Below are positions 10,346 through 23,888 of a DNA stretch of 64,000 bases, one piece after another (position 1 is the stretch's first letter; each line of letters starts with the position of its first letter). Both the position numbers and the translations under genes were made by a program. A model generated the notes under the pieces. It worked only from the letters and a program-made list of their open reading frames with translations, was not told where the DNA came from and did no database searches. Source of the stretch: Callorhinchus milii (lineage: Eukaryota); contig NW_024704743.1 of assembly GCF_018977255.1 (NCBI RefSeq), positions 60,948,001 to 61,012,000 of the forward strand, in the 5' to 3' direction.

Positions 10346-12815
10346 CTCCCTACAGCTATTACATTTAAAGAAAATACATTGCATCAAATAAAAACATGAC
10401 TAGTATAAATATTTCTTTGGTTTAAACAGGAATTATGCTCTTGGTTTTAAAGAATGTAATGCCTAGTCTAAAGTAGAAAAATTGCTTACAAAGACACAAA
10501 GTGATGCAAAATATAAATATCATGGTCAAAAATGCAATGTATGATAATTATCACTGGTGATAATGTTGTTGAAATAAATGCAGGTTAAAAATTCTCAACA
10601 GTAGAGGTGTATCTCTAGTTGCCACAATCTTGTTTCACATGAAGGGTAGTGTCTGAGTCCACATTACTGGATTGTGGTTTAACTCCGGCTGAGATGAGGT
10701 GTTAACCAATGAAGCAGCACTGTGTGGCCACTCTGTATCAGCCGTGTAATTGCTCATTCTGTATTAGCCTGTCAATAAAGAGCAACCAGGTTTGAAACCA
10801 ACCACTATATGTGAGCCAAAGTACAAAGTCTTGAACCCAAAAACAAAGAAACACTGCGTAAACTCTGCATAATATAATCTGTTTGACTCAGTCAGTAGTA
10901 CTCTAATCAAGGCTGTAATTTTAAGCTCCACACTAGGACTAAAGTTCATGTTGATGACATTTATGTGTGTTAGTTTTGCAGAGTTGGCAGAAACGTGGTG
11001 GATGCATTTTAATGTTGAGAAATGTGAACGTTTGCGTAAGAAAAGGAAAGAACGAAAGTATATACTCTAGTAGTAAAATCCTCAATACCATTGAGAACTA
11101 GAAAATCTTGGAGCACAAACACATAGATCTTTATGAGTGCAGCCAGAATAACATTTAAAAAAGGGATTGGAGGTTTTATATAAAGCAGCATTGAATACAA
11201 CATCAATGAAATATTGGTTAGATTACATTTAGAGTGTTCAGTATTACCGTGGCACATTGCATTGTTGGAGCTATCGTCCCATAATGAAATATTGACAGGT
11301 TCTATTTGTCTGCTCTGCTGGTTCAGGTGGATATTAAAGGTCCCGTGATACTGTTTTGATGCAAAACAACAGTCACAACACTTCAAAAAAGATAAACTCA
11401 CTGTGCAAAGTGCAAGTAGTGTTAAATTATTCATTTCCATGTTGCCTGTAATTTTATTCAGATATTTTCTCAGTGACAGCATGGATACAGAAACATATTT
11501 TAGGGAATGTTCTCCTCCTCCTCCAGCGTATTACAGCTAACTGCAAGGACGTGCAGATTCCTGACTGTCAGAAACATTTACATCAATTTACCGCTGTATG
11601 GAAAATAGCATTCCAGGCATTAATGCGGGCTGGGGGGTACTAACATCTGCACAATCCACGTTTAACACAGTGGTAAATCTTTTCTGTGGATTAAAACCAA
11701 TTTTTGAGTCGATTGTTATGAGTTTCTGCAAGTTTCAAGTTATTACATGGTGAGACGCTATACGTGAAGGGCTCTATATAAATATAAATTGTTATTGTTG
11801 CTGCACCCTAACAATTAAATAAGCTTCACTCAGACCAGCAGAGCAGATCAATTACTTATTTAATACATGTCAACATCTTACTGATAAAGTGATTACGCAT
11901 GATGTGTTAGGAACATTGAATATAAGTCTAATGATTGTTTATGGTAAGCAAGTGCAGCGAACACTTTACACACAGTAGGGTCACATTAAACTTAATATTA
12001 AAAATAATTTGTGCATTTGATATAGCATCTGATCACACCTTTGAGACATTTCAAAGCGCTTCACAGGATATATGTCAAGTAGAACGTCTGTGTATTTTGT
12101 GGGCCAATGGGCCAATTGCTCACAAATAGCCATGGAGTGAGTGACTCATTTTATTTGGGAAAATTGTTGGCCAAGACACTGGGAGAAACTCCGTTCTCTT
12201 TTTCAGTATCACCATAGGATCTTTAAGGTCCACCTGAACAGACAGACAGGACCTCAGTTTAACATCTCATCCGAAGGACTGCACTTCCAACAATACCCCA
12301 ACATTTCATTACAGTTCTCACCCCTAAATATGTACCCATGTTATGACAAAGCGCACAGTGTACTAGGTGGTCTCTGTTTACATCCTTCTCTGTTTTGTGC
12401 AAGTTCCCTCTCTGAGCGAAACTCCACTAATTGAGAATTAACATGACGACTTGTAATCCAATGTTTTATAGAGCAACAATGGGATGCTTCAATCAGCGTC
12501 ATTCGCACTACCAGACAGCTAACCTGTTTGTTTCTCTCCCTCCTTCTTTGAATTTAACAGAGACTCAAGACGCACTGTATAAAAAACTCACTGTCATTTT
12601 ATTGGTCCTTAAACCCTATGCCTCACTCACGCTGCCCGGAACAAGTTACACTGTCGGAACACTAAGAAATAGAAAAACCCTGACACCATAACTATGGCTC
12701 TAGCAGCTTTATCCAAAGTTAGTAGACAAAGATAAAACAATATTGACCAGGAGGCAAAGCTGACAGATCAGGCACGTACCTCCTTGGTGACACCAAAAGG
12801 AGGGTTTCAACCAAC

Positions 12816-13117
12816 AATAATAATAATCCTTGCATTTGATATAGTGCTTTTCACATCTTCTCGATGTCTCAAAGCGCTTCACAGAATATACTGTAAAGTG
12901 AATTGACTGTATATTTGTGGGCGAAACGTTGCAGCCAATGGCGCACTGCAGTGTCCCACAAACAGTCATGCGTTGAGTGACCAATTTTTTTTCTCTTGAG
13001 AGATTATTATCAGGCGTGTGGAGTAAGGAAACTTGCCCAAGGTTTTGCCCTGCCGGGAATTGAACCAGGTCTCACACTTGCGAGACGAGTGCTCTAACCA
13101 CTGAGCTATAGGACTCC
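12816..13117 (-). mobile_element. tRNA-derived SINE, short form
   Basis: Full reverse-complement copy from the aataataatcc tail to ggactcc. Confidence 0.9.
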
Positions 13118-14377
13118 TCCATTAGAAAGAAGTAGAGCGTTAATTAAAACAAGGTGACCGTGACCAAGTCCTGACATGGGGTTTGAAGCCATAACCTTCT
13201 GACCCAGAGGCTAGAGTGACAGTGAGAGCAAGAGTATTACTGACTGAGCCAGGCTGATACAAAGTTCAGGTCAGACAACAACTTAATTGACTTCAGTTGC
13301 ACAACAGGTTTATATTATTGATTCATGCTGAAGTTAGCTTTATGATGTTCAGGTGCCATAGGCAGACATTAAAAAAGATGCTACCAGGAGCAATCTGCTA
13401 GTGTGGAATATACAATGCAGTCAAAGTTTTTAACTTTCCTTTTTTTTCCTGCCAACAATTTTCTATTTTTAAATCTGATGGAATATATTAGATCCTTAAT
13501 TATTATCCAAGATTTACAGGAATATGGGAAAGGCACATGTTTGAATGGTTCAGTGCCCATTGAATTGAGCAGGTGGGATTCCTATTGTGTCCCACAGGGA
13601 CACATTGAAACTAAAGTAAGAGAATTAACTTTTGTGCACTTTTGTGGCACTGTAGCCCATATATTATCGCACACGTTATAAATATTCATTTTTCTGGGAC
13701 CAGACTGGATCTTGCTTTCATATCAAAGGCTTTCGACTCCCTAGGCCACTTTTTTCTGCAATGAACCACTGAACCCAAAACCCAGAGAAACCTTCAGCTA
13801 AGTGAAATATAATGAAAGCAGACATAAATAAAAAAAGGAACAAAAATAGTGAAACTCAATCAATGTTCTCTACAGATCTATTTTTTAAGGAACAGAATCA
13901 AAGTTTGTCTTAAATGGCAAACAACACCCTTTGAACTTCCTTGTAGTTATGGCAATTTCTACAGCTCACTGTGTTCGAGCCATTTCCTATTGGCCACAGA
14001 TGGGCCATAAATTGCCAGAAGTCAGCAACCAGGCTTGGCCCAATAGGTCTCTTTCATGAAATGTGCAGCACATGTTAATCCAGATGTGGTCACTGCGATG
14101 AGGAGATCAGAGATCACCTCCGTGCCCTGAATGCCTAACCGAAAGACTATAAACAACTAAACAACTGCAGATTCCTCCCCCACACCCACTCCCGCTCCCT
14201 ACCAACACGTTCCTCGTAAATGGGTAGAAAACATTGTAATTAATAAAGCAGCAACAACAACTTGTATATCACCATTCATATAGGGTGGTATCTTAAAGTG
14301 CTTCACTCTCAAAGTGAGAGGAAGGGAAAATGAGGATGTTGACCAAAGCTCAGCCAAAGATTTTGATTTTTAAGTAT

Positions 14378-14712
14378 CGTAGAATGGTACAGCACAAAAA
14401 GAAGCCATTCGGCCCATCGAGCTTGTGCTGGCTCTTTGAATAGAGCAATTAATGTCAATCCCACTCCCCAGCCCTTTCCCCATAACCCTGCAAACCGATC
14501 CTCCTCAAATACCCATCCACTGCATTTTTAAAAGTAGTTATCGAATCGGCCTCGACCACCCTTTCAGGCAATGCGTTTCAGATTCGAACAACTCGCTGCA
14601 TGAAAACATTTCTTCTCACCTCCCCTCTGCTTCTTTTAGAGACTATTTTGAATCTGTGACCTCGATTCACTGACACACCCACCAGTGGAAACAGTTTTTC
14701 CCTTTCTAACCT
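14378..14712 (-). mobile_element. CR1 LINE 3' end
   Basis: Same orientation as, and homologous to, 38866-39210 (gccattcggcccatcgag..., ccataaccctgcaaacc). Confidence 0.8.
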
Positions 14713-14902
14713 AAACCCTAAAAAGAGGATTTTAAGTAGCTGGTTTTGCTGCTCTGAGATTTAAGAAACATTATTGAACGTTGTTGGCTTAAGTGCTAGG
14801 AAATGCGAGGATTCTCCAAATAGCCTCCCAATAAGAGATTGCCCTAATTCTGTTAAATAAGCATTACATCTTATTTCAATAATTTGGATAACATTCAATA
14901 TT

Positions 14903-15222
14903 GTGGAGTCCTGTAGCTCAGTGGTTAGAGCACTTGCCTTGCAAGCGAGACATTTGGATTCAATTCCCGGCAGGATGAAACATTGGGCAAGTTTCTTTAC
15001 TCCACACACCTAATAATAATCCCTCCAAAGTAAAAAAAATAATAAATTTGTCATTTTCAATCCTCGACTGTTTGTGGGACACTGCTGTGCGCAATTGGCT
15101 GCCATGTTTAGCCCACAAATATACAGTCAATTCACTTTACAGCATATTGTGTGAAGCGCTTTGAGATGTCAAGAAGACGTGAAAAGCGCAATATCAAATG
15201 CAAGGATTATTATTCTTATTAT
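14903..15222 (+). mobile_element. tRNA-derived SINE, short form
   Basis: Full copy, gtggagtcctgtagctcagtggttagagc...ggattattatt. Confidence 0.9.
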
Positions 15223-15224
15223 AA

Positions 15225-15592
15225 TTTCAGACCATACCAGCCCACCTACCGAAACCCCACCCCCCCACCATCTTCTGTGACCATTATCACATCATCTGGG
15301 TCCCAGACACACCTTTTCTCTCTCTGGTCTGTCTGTTATGTTGTAATTTGCCCCCTCCTTTGGTTTACATTATTAATGCCTTTTTAACCCATCATCCCCT
15401 GTCCTCCACCCCATTTTCTTCTTTGTCTTCCTTGCCCTTCCTCCCTCCTCTCTGTTAGCCCTTAAAAGCCTCTCCCTCCCAACATCCCCCAGTTCTGATG
15501 AAGCATCATGGACCCAAAACATTGACTCACTTTCCTTTCTCCATAGATGCTGCCTGACCTGCTGAGTATTCCCATCAACTTCTGTTTTTATT
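15225..15592 (+). mobile_element. Penelope-like element 3' end with a degenerate hammerhead core
   Basis: ttctgatgaagcatcatggacccaaaacattgactc...agatgctgcctgacctgctgagtattcc...ttctgtttttatt matches the recalled chondrichthyan Penelope-type tail. Confidence 0.65.
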
Positions 15593-16172
15593 ACATCTCC
15601 TTCGCTTCCTTGAAGACCTGTCTCAAGACCTTCCTCTTCGACCGTGCCTTCGGTCACACTTCTTCCCTTGCCCTCCACTCTCCCCGATCCCGACCCCCAG
15701 CTTGGGTCTGACTGTTCTGCGAAGTCCTCCCGATGTGAAAGGCGCTCTATAAATGTAATTTTGTTATTGTTGTTGTCTGCAGACAGATTTCCTCATCGGG
15801 GAGAGTGAAGCACTTTGAGATACCACCCTATACCACCTCAACGGTCTTGAGCAATGATAAAGAACTTAACATAAATAACTTTTACCATGACACCTAAGAA
15901 GTCCAAAAGTGCTTCATAGTAATTACTGTCAGGTGTAGTGACCAGTTTTGTAGCTAAACGCAGCAGCTACTTGCACACAGCAAAACCCCACAAACACCCT
16001 ATTCACATGAGGTGAATAACCATTAATCCAGAAGTTTTTTGGGCAGGTCAAAATCCCTCTCTTTTTGAATAGTATCGTGCAATTTTTAATGTCCACCTAA
16101 AGAAATGGTAGACTGGACCTCAAAGTTTCAAACAAAATATCAACAGTTTGCATCATTAGGTTAATCAGTGAA

Positions 16173-16533
16173 GTGGAATCCTGTAGCATAGTGGTTAGTG
16201 TGCTTGTCTCACAAGCGAGAGGATCCAGTTTTGATTCCTGGGTAGGGCAAAACCTTAGGCAAGTTTCCTCACTCCACACACCTCTGTTTACCTAGCAGTA
16301 AGTAAGAACCCGGTTGTTAGTCAATGACCAGATCGCTTTCTAGGGGTAATAATTCCTCCCCCCAAAAAACATATTTGGTCACTCAATCCACAACTGTTTG
16401 AGGGACATTTCTGTGTGCACGTTTTGCACACAAATACAGTCAGTCCACTTCACAATATATTCCGCGAAGCGCTTTGAGACATCTCAACATTGTGATGAGG
16501 CGCTATATCAAATACAAGGATCATTATTATTAT
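16173..16533 (+). mobile_element. tRNA-derived SINE, long form
   Basis: Full copy including the internal segment. Confidence 0.88.
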
Positions 16534-16582
16534 AATTAATAATGTCTTGATTTATTCTCAGATATCTGCTCTCAACTCCATC

Positions 16583-16760
16583 AACAACAACAAGATTTCA
16601 TTTAGAGAGCGTATTTCACGTCGGGAGGACGTCCCAAGGCGCTGGACAGTTGGGTCGGGACCCAAGCAGGGGGGAAATGGTCAGGGTGAGGGGAGGGAAG
16701 GGAGGGAGCAAGGAGGGGGTAGAGAGTCGAGAGGGGAGCTGAAGGCACGGTCGAAGAGGA
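16583..16760 (-). mobile_element. L2 LINE 3' end, same young subfamily as 55827-57038
   Basis: Nearly identical (reverse complement) to 56860-57038. Both give the antisense peptide SRREDVPRR...[16 protein letters not shown]. Confidence 0.85.
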
Positions 16761-17206
16761 ACACTCAGAGGAACATCCTCAGAGGAACACTCATACAGGA
16801 TCAATGTGACCTTTATATTTCCTTCACAAGTCACTTAATCCTCTGCGTGAGATCGTAGCTTTAGTCCCACATTAGATCATGGTATTTGTAGATGAATTCT
16901 CTGCTTGATATTAATGGAACTGGCAAGACAATCATTCCCTATTAGAGACAATAATGTGCATTTTGGATTGTGTCAGCATGTTGTAAAAGATTGTAACTAT
17001 GGTAACCTTATATTTTCTTAGTTTTCTAAATATGACAATATCTGAAAATAATGGCCTTTATTAATAGTAACATAACAATGATGAGGAAACAGTAAGAAGG
17101 GATTAGTCAACCTGCTTTAAAACACAATGAAAACTTCCTGTAGATGTTTCAGAAAATCACAGTTGGTTTTCTTTAACTTAAACCTTATGCATATTAAATC
17201 CAGGAA

Positions 17207-17225
17207 GGGGGGGGGGGGGGGGGGG
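17207..17225 (+). repeat. Poly-G tract (about 19 G)
   Basis: Directly visible homopolymer; potential G-quadruplex. Confidence 0.9.
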
Positions 17226-17439
17226 CAGGATTCAACATCTATTTTTCCTTAGTAAGTGCTTTAATGGTTCTAGGAGCTGCACACAAACAAAATAAAACAA
17301 TTGCAAGAGAAAATGAAAATTGATTTTTCTGCCATCCATCAACATTATAAGAACAACAGTGATGAGTGAAAAGTTTGTTTGTCAAAACAAAACAGAATTT
17401 CCTAACAGCAACAACAACGGGATTAATAATACTATATTA

Positions 17440-17751
17440 CAGTGAACCCCTTATAAATCAAACGTGCTTAACTTGTCAGAACCACTAAGGTCATCATTCT
17501 GTCAATATCCTGGCTGCATTTATTTATGTATTTATACATACGTCTAACTTGCCACTCTAGATAACTCATCACTGAGTCCTTTCCCCTTGGAGTTATTATT
17601 TGGGGAGGACAAGTTTGCAGAGCTATGGTGAGAGCAGGGGAGTGGGATTGATTTGGATAGCTCCTTTCAAAGAGCCACCACAGACATGATGGGCTGAATG
17701 ACCTAATTTTGTGCTGTATAATTCTATGAGTGAGTTATCAGGAGTTTACTG
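17440..17751. mobile_element. Tc1/mariner-pogo (Tigger-like) MITE with TA TSD, carrying a CR1 tail insertion
   Basis: ta|cagtgaaccccttataaatc ... gagttatcaggagtttactg|ta; TIRs 16/20 complementary. Confidence 0.65.
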
Positions 17752-18297
17752 TAAAAATCCTTGCATTTCATATATTTCCTTATAATTAATTGAAATGCTT
17801 CTAAACAATGGCAAAATAACAGCAAATCCAACAATGCAGCACACCCCAATACTGCGTTGGCGTGTCAGCTTAGACTATGAGTTTCAAGTCCTGATGTGGG
17901 GCTTGAACCCACAACCTTCTGACTCAGAGGCAAAAGTGTTACCAAACTGAGCCAGGCTGACACACGAACTGGTAAGAAAATAAAGCTATATTTACAAAGA
18001 CACAATTGCAACAAAAATCATTTATCGAGAACCCAACCATGTATTCCATGTTTGTGAGTTGCTTTTATATCCCAGCAATCCATTCTCAGTCTTCCTTGAG
18101 TTTAAGAAACTGCGGTTCTATTCATAGGAGTTCACATCAATACAAGTTTGCAGAGGCAAAAGTGAGACCAGCTGAGCTAGACTGATGCCTAACTATGATT
18201 TGAATCTGTTATGAAAGCTTCAGAGTTTTGACCCCAATGTCATTTTTCACATTCTTCTTCTCAGAGCTAATAAAAACGTAAAAGTTTCAGACAGTGA

Positions 18298-18662
18298 CGA
18301 CAACAATAACTTGGATTTTTATAGCGCCCTCCACGCCGGACGGCGTCTCAAAGTGCTTTACAGTAATGGATCCCGACGCTGAGCCAGGGGGAGGGGGAGA
18401 AAGGTGACCAAAGGCGCGGTCGAAAAAAAAGATCTTCAGCAGAGACCTGAAAATAGGAAGAGAGGGAGGAAGGCGAAGGGGGTGAGGAAGGGAGTTCCAG
18501 AGCCTCAGGGCATAGTGGCTGAAAGCACGGTCTCCGATGGTGGAGCGGAGGACTCAGGGGACAAGGAGGAGGCCAGACCCAGAGGAACGAAGGCAATGGG
18601 TACTGATTTGAGGAGAGAGGAAGTCAGAGAGGTAGGGGGTGCAGAGGAGTGGAGGGATTTGA
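18298..18662 (-). mobile_element. L2 LINE 3' fragment (tail variant acgccgtccggcgt)
   Basis: Reverse complement of the L2 3' end with caacaataac tail. The same tail variant occurs alone at about 44815-44885. Confidence 0.82.
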
Positions 18663-18697
18663 ACAGGCCATCATTTTCCTAGTGCAGAGGATAGTTA

Positions 18698-19078
18698 AAT
18701 AATAATAATAATCTCTGCATTTGATGTAGTGCCTTATCATTTCTTCGAGACATTTCAAAGCACTTCACATAATATGCTATAAAGTGGGTTGACTGTATAT
18801 TTTGTGGGCGAAACACAGCAGCCAATTGCTCACAGCAGTATCCCACAAACAGTCGTGGATTGAGTGACCAAATTATTATAATTTTTTTTTGAAGAGATTA
18901 TTACCCTCGGAAGAGCGATCCACTAGTCGACGAACAACCGGGATCCTACTTACTGCTAGGTAAATAAACAAAGGCGTGTGGAGCAGGGAAACTAGACCAA
19001 CACTTTGCCCTGCTAAGAATTGAATTCAAGTCCTCTTGCTTGCAAGGCAAGTGTTCTAACCACTGAGCTACAGGACCC
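18698..19078 (-). mobile_element. tRNA-derived SINE, long form
   Basis: Full reverse-complement copy. Confidence 0.88.
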
Positions 19079-19570
19079 TACTCTGTGAGCCCCAGTTTAG
19101 CCTCTGCAACTGAGTGTCAGTTCTGAGCCCCCCTCCCCCACCCCAGCGCTGGCAACACTCAATCCCCTGGTAATAGGCAGTAGCTACAGATTAGGCAATG
19201 AAGAATCGGACAACATGATTGTTTCTGTGGTGCTGGAATATTTGATGTTGATCATCCTCTAGATGCATCATGTGTGAAAAAAAGATAATAATCCTTGCAT
19301 TTGATATAACTCCTTAGCAGGAATTGGCATGTAAAATGCTTGCATCGCTCACATTGCAAAATTGAGTACAATTATTTGAACCAATTAGGGATTTTTCGAG
19401 TTAATTTCATGGAAAATTTCTTTTGTCAAACGCCAACATTTTTTCCGGCAAAAATTATTATTTATACGACAAAAAAATCCATAATTTTGCATATTTTAGT
19501 GCAATGTCTCTAAAATTAAAGACAAATTAAATTTTTCCCCCCTAGTTGTGCAGCAGATCCAAAATTTGAA

Positions 19571-20091
19571 CTAGTTTTAGCCTTAAAGACAATTTTAACG
19601 TAAAATTTAAGATGGTGGAGAATTGTGTAAAATTCTTAAATTCAGTCGAAATGTGAAAGCTGCTTTTCTGTAGTTCTTAAAAAGTAGTGATTTTGAAATT
19701 CAGACTGAGTTTAAGAATTTTACATACATCTACACCATCTTATGGAGTCCTGTAGATTAGTGGTTAGAGCATTCACCTCGCAAGCGAGAGGTCTCGGTTC
19801 GATTCCCAGGCAGGGCGAAACCTTAGGCAAGTTTCCTTACTCCACACGCATCTGTTTACCCAGCAGTAAAAAGGAACCTGGTTGTTAATTGATTGGTGGA
19901 TCACTTTGCCGAGGTAATAATTCCTTCACTCAATCCATAACTGTTTGCCCACAAAATATAGTCAATTCACTTTACAGTATATTTGGTGAAGCGCTTTGAC
20001 ACGTCTCAACGACGTGATAAGGCACTATGTCAAATGCAAGAATTATTATCTAACGTTTTAAGACTATAATAGTCTTAAAAACTGGGACTAG
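19571..20091. mobile_element. Palindromic MITE-like element interrupted by a SINE
   Basis: Arms 19608-19647 and 19703-19742 are 35/40 complementary. The outer arm resumes after the SINE. Confidence 0.7.
19743..20049 (+). mobile_element. tRNA-derived SINE inserted into a palindromic MITE
   Basis: Full head and tail with an internal deletion. Splits the right arm of the 19571-20091 palindrome. Confidence 0.87.
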
Positions 20092-22828
20092 GTGGAATTT
20101 TGAGCTTTGGCTTTCCTTAATGAAATTGAAATAGCTGGAAATCTACAGCAGGTAAAATCAATCAGCATATAAGAGAGAAAACGGGGTTGACATATTGGGT
20201 ATGACCCTGCATCAGATTTCATTTCCTTTATGAATATCTTGCACACTCTTGGTCGCTGTAATATATCCGAGATGTAAGTTACTTCTAAAGTAATTTATCT
20301 GAAAATTGCGGAAGCGCTAAGAAATGCCAAACATCAACCATGCTCTTTCGGAAACAGCATTTTATTAAAAATTAAATTTCCACTGACCTGTCAAAGAATA
20401 TCATATCACTTAGCAGTGAGCAACCCTGCCAAAATATCTGAATTCAATTGATTCATTGTTGAAACGTTATATTTTTAAAAAAAATGTATACACTTGTGTA
20501 AGATTCAAAGAACGTGAGAACATAGGAATGTGAATGTAAAGGAACGGAAAAGACTATTGCAATCCATCAACACCAGTGTTAAAGGAAAACACACACCATC
20601 TCCATCCCTCATACCCTTCAATAAATTTCTTCATGTCACAGCTCTCTATCTGTAAATCCCCTTGAATTTTCTGGCACAATTTGCCTCCATGTCCCTGGGC
20701 TCCACTTCGCTTATTCACCATCTGCATAAAATAATTCTGAACATTTCTGTTTATCTTCCCTCTTCTGAGTTTGAGTCTATGCATCTTGTTATGTAATGTG
20801 TCTGCATTAAATGACATTTACACTTGTCAGGCCAATTGCGTAATCTATCCTGATGCCTCTATATTTGATCATCCTGTTCATTGTTATTTGCAGCTCCCCC
20901 ATTTTGGTATTATAGGCAAGGTAGTTTGGTTTCTCTCCCCACTTCCAAATCACTTAAGTATCATGTAAAGTGCATTGGTCTAAGTACAAAATCTCTGAGG
21001 TGCCTGAGTCTTATTTTCTTTCGTGCCAACTCAGCTCCATGTGCAAATATCCATTACTTCCACCCTATTCCCAATCCATTTCATCAGTTTCCTTATATAG
21101 GCTCAAAATTACATCATGTAACATATTATCACCTGTAATAATATCACACAGATTAATTTTGAGCCTTTCCCCCCATATCCTTATTCAAACACAGGGGATA
21201 ACTGTAGGACCAGATAATCTCAATTCCTCCATCACTTACTCCAAACATTCAACTAAAAGATTATTTAAGCATCTTCCAGCCAACAATCCTTCCGATAAAT
21301 TAATTATTCACCTCATGGTTGTTTGTGAGATATTGATGGAGCAAATGTATAGAAAGAAAAATAATCTTACACAATTACTTGTGAATATTTGATACATTCA
21401 GAGTGGTATGACACAATAAAAATCTAAGTTCTTTCTTTTATATGTGTATGTGTTTATAAGTCTAATAATGAAATTAAACCAATTGTTATCTCCATTATTG
21501 ATAGGAGTTTTACAGTTGAGATTTTCCCATTATAACCAGACATCACTCATAAATCTACAAAGAGAAAGAAGACTAATACATGCTGACTGCCAAGGTCAGA
21601 AAATTTGCTGACAGTGCAGAGAATCACCCCCAAAGTAGTGATGCTTAACCCGCAGCTGGAACATACACATTGCTGTGCACGATTAAAGACATAACAACAA
21701 CAACAAGATTACATTTGTATAGCGCCTTTCACATCGGGAGGACGTCACAAGGCGCTGGACAGTGTACAGCATTTCATAATTGTTTCCACGAGGATTATAT
21801 TTAATTTCATAATGAATGGCTCCAGTACAACTTTAAATATTTAGGCCAGGCCAGTATTGAAGAAAGAACTTTCAATTTTGTAGCTCCTATAACTTAGAAA
21901 ATTAAAGTTAGTCAAAGACAGAAATTCCTGTCTCCGCATATCATCTCCAATGTCATCTCAGTAAATCTCCACAATTGCTTCTCCATGACTATGATGATCT
22001 TTCTCTCATGGGGTACTAAAATCAAGATGAAACGCACCATCTGTCAACCTGAGAAATCAACTTCTAAATGGATCAAAGATGCCCAAGGCACTTCCTTCCC
22101 TACTTAACGATCACATCACAACAAAGCATGAAACAGCGATTGAAACCAAACTCTTCAAGTTTACAACATGATGCCTAGTCTGTACAATAACATTGAAGAA
22201 TAATGCTTACACAAATCAATGATTTGTTGCACAGCATGTGTTAGCATTCAGGCATTTGGGAGGTTCTATTATTTTCACTTTGTTTTAAATCACTTTGGGT
22301 GGGAATGGCTTAATTGTTTTTCATGCAGTCTGCAGAGTGGAGGATTTCTAAATATAGCTTGGCAGCTCAGAATGTAACTGAAGCTAGGAATGTGGCCTTG
22401 TTACCACCCAGCAGGTTTCAGTGTATGTCTCTCTGCATTATCCGCTGATCTGCAGATGGCCTGCCCTGTGGCTGACAGTTTTGAGTGGACCCATCACTTC
22501 TAGTATGAATAAAAGTAAACAGACTGGAGCCATTCATTATGAAAGCATTGTCGTTTCTCCCCACTAAATTGGATTTGACTCTGGGAATAAATATTCCTGA
22601 GTACTGTATCTGCATGAAGTGGCTGTACTCTTGGAGCTATTGAAAATATGCTGAGGCCCTGCCAGAACTCAAACCTGGCAGGGATATAAAAAGACCCATC
22701 ATTATCAAGCTACCCAGAAGAAAGAGGGTGGGAAGACTATTATATGGCTCCATTATGTTCCTGAGTCGGTGTGAAGGTAAAGTGACCAATAGCAAGGTAC
22801 CTTACAAATACTGAGGAGTATAATACTA

Positions 22829-23459
22829 TAATAATAATAATCCTTGCATTTGATATAGCTCTTTTGACATCTTCTAGACATCTCAAAGCGCTTCACAAAA
22901 TAGACTGTAAAGTGAATTGACTGTATATTTGGGGCGAAATGCGGCAGCCAATTGCGCGCAGCAGTGGAGTCCTGTAGCTCAGTGGTTAGAGCACTCGCTT
23001 TACAAGCGAGAGACCTGAGTTCAATTCCAGGCAGGGCGAAACCTTGGGCAAGTTTCCTTACTCCACACGCCTAATAACAATCCCTCCAAAACCAAAAACA
23101 ATAATAAATTGGTCATTTTCCATCTACGACTGTTCGTGGGACACTGCTGTGCGCAATTGGCTGCCGCGTTCGCCCACAAATATACCGTCAATTCACTTTA
23201 CAGTGTGTTCTGTGAAGCGCTTTGGGACGTCCTCCCGACGTGAAAAGCGCTATATCAAATGCAAAGATTATTATTTAGCAGTTCCTCAACTCACAAACAG
23301 TCATGGATTGAAAATGACCAATTTATTATTGTTTTGGAGGGATTATTATTAGGCATGTGGAGTAAGGAAACTTGCCTAAGATTTCGTCCTGCCTGGAATT
23401 GAACCCCGGTGTCTCGCTTGCAAGGCGAGTGCTCTAACCACTGAGCTACAGGACTCCAC
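22829..23459. mobile_element. Nested SINEs: plus-strand copy (22966-23276) inside a minus-strand copy of the same family
   Basis: Host 3' part 22829-22965 and 5' part 23283-23459. agcagt is duplicated at 22960-22965 and 23277-23282. Confidence 0.9.
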
Positions 23460-23888
23460 TATGACGCTAAACCCCCAGCTGGCAGGACAAATGGAGGAGA
23501 TGTCCAGTCCAGTGACCCAGAATTTCCAGCTTAGTGTAATTACAATGCGGATACTGGCATTTACTAGCCAGCAAGCACTGTGAGGTACGCTCGTCTGCTA
23601 GAACAGTGGCCTACGGGCTCATGGATTGTTTTTTAAATTGGTTTCACGCCCAGTCCGGCTAGGTACAAATTCTGGATACCCAGAGTCCAGTAAACCAGGG
23701 CATTACTGTATAATAATGACCTATAGTCACAGGATCACAAGAGAAGTTTGGGTAAAAAAGGCCCATTAGCAATTTGATTTAATACTATCCTACTATTTTC
23801 CTATTACATACCTGCCCTGGTCAACAGGACTCTCTCTAAGGCTCGCACTGAATCAGTTTTCCAGAGTTTGGTTTGAATACTCTTAAGT

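Noticed and set aside
23044..23352. Recurrent 'MGKFPYST...' ORFs (23044, 38079, 51005) that look like a small gene family
   Set aside because: They are translations of the same non-coding SINE, starting at TTG.
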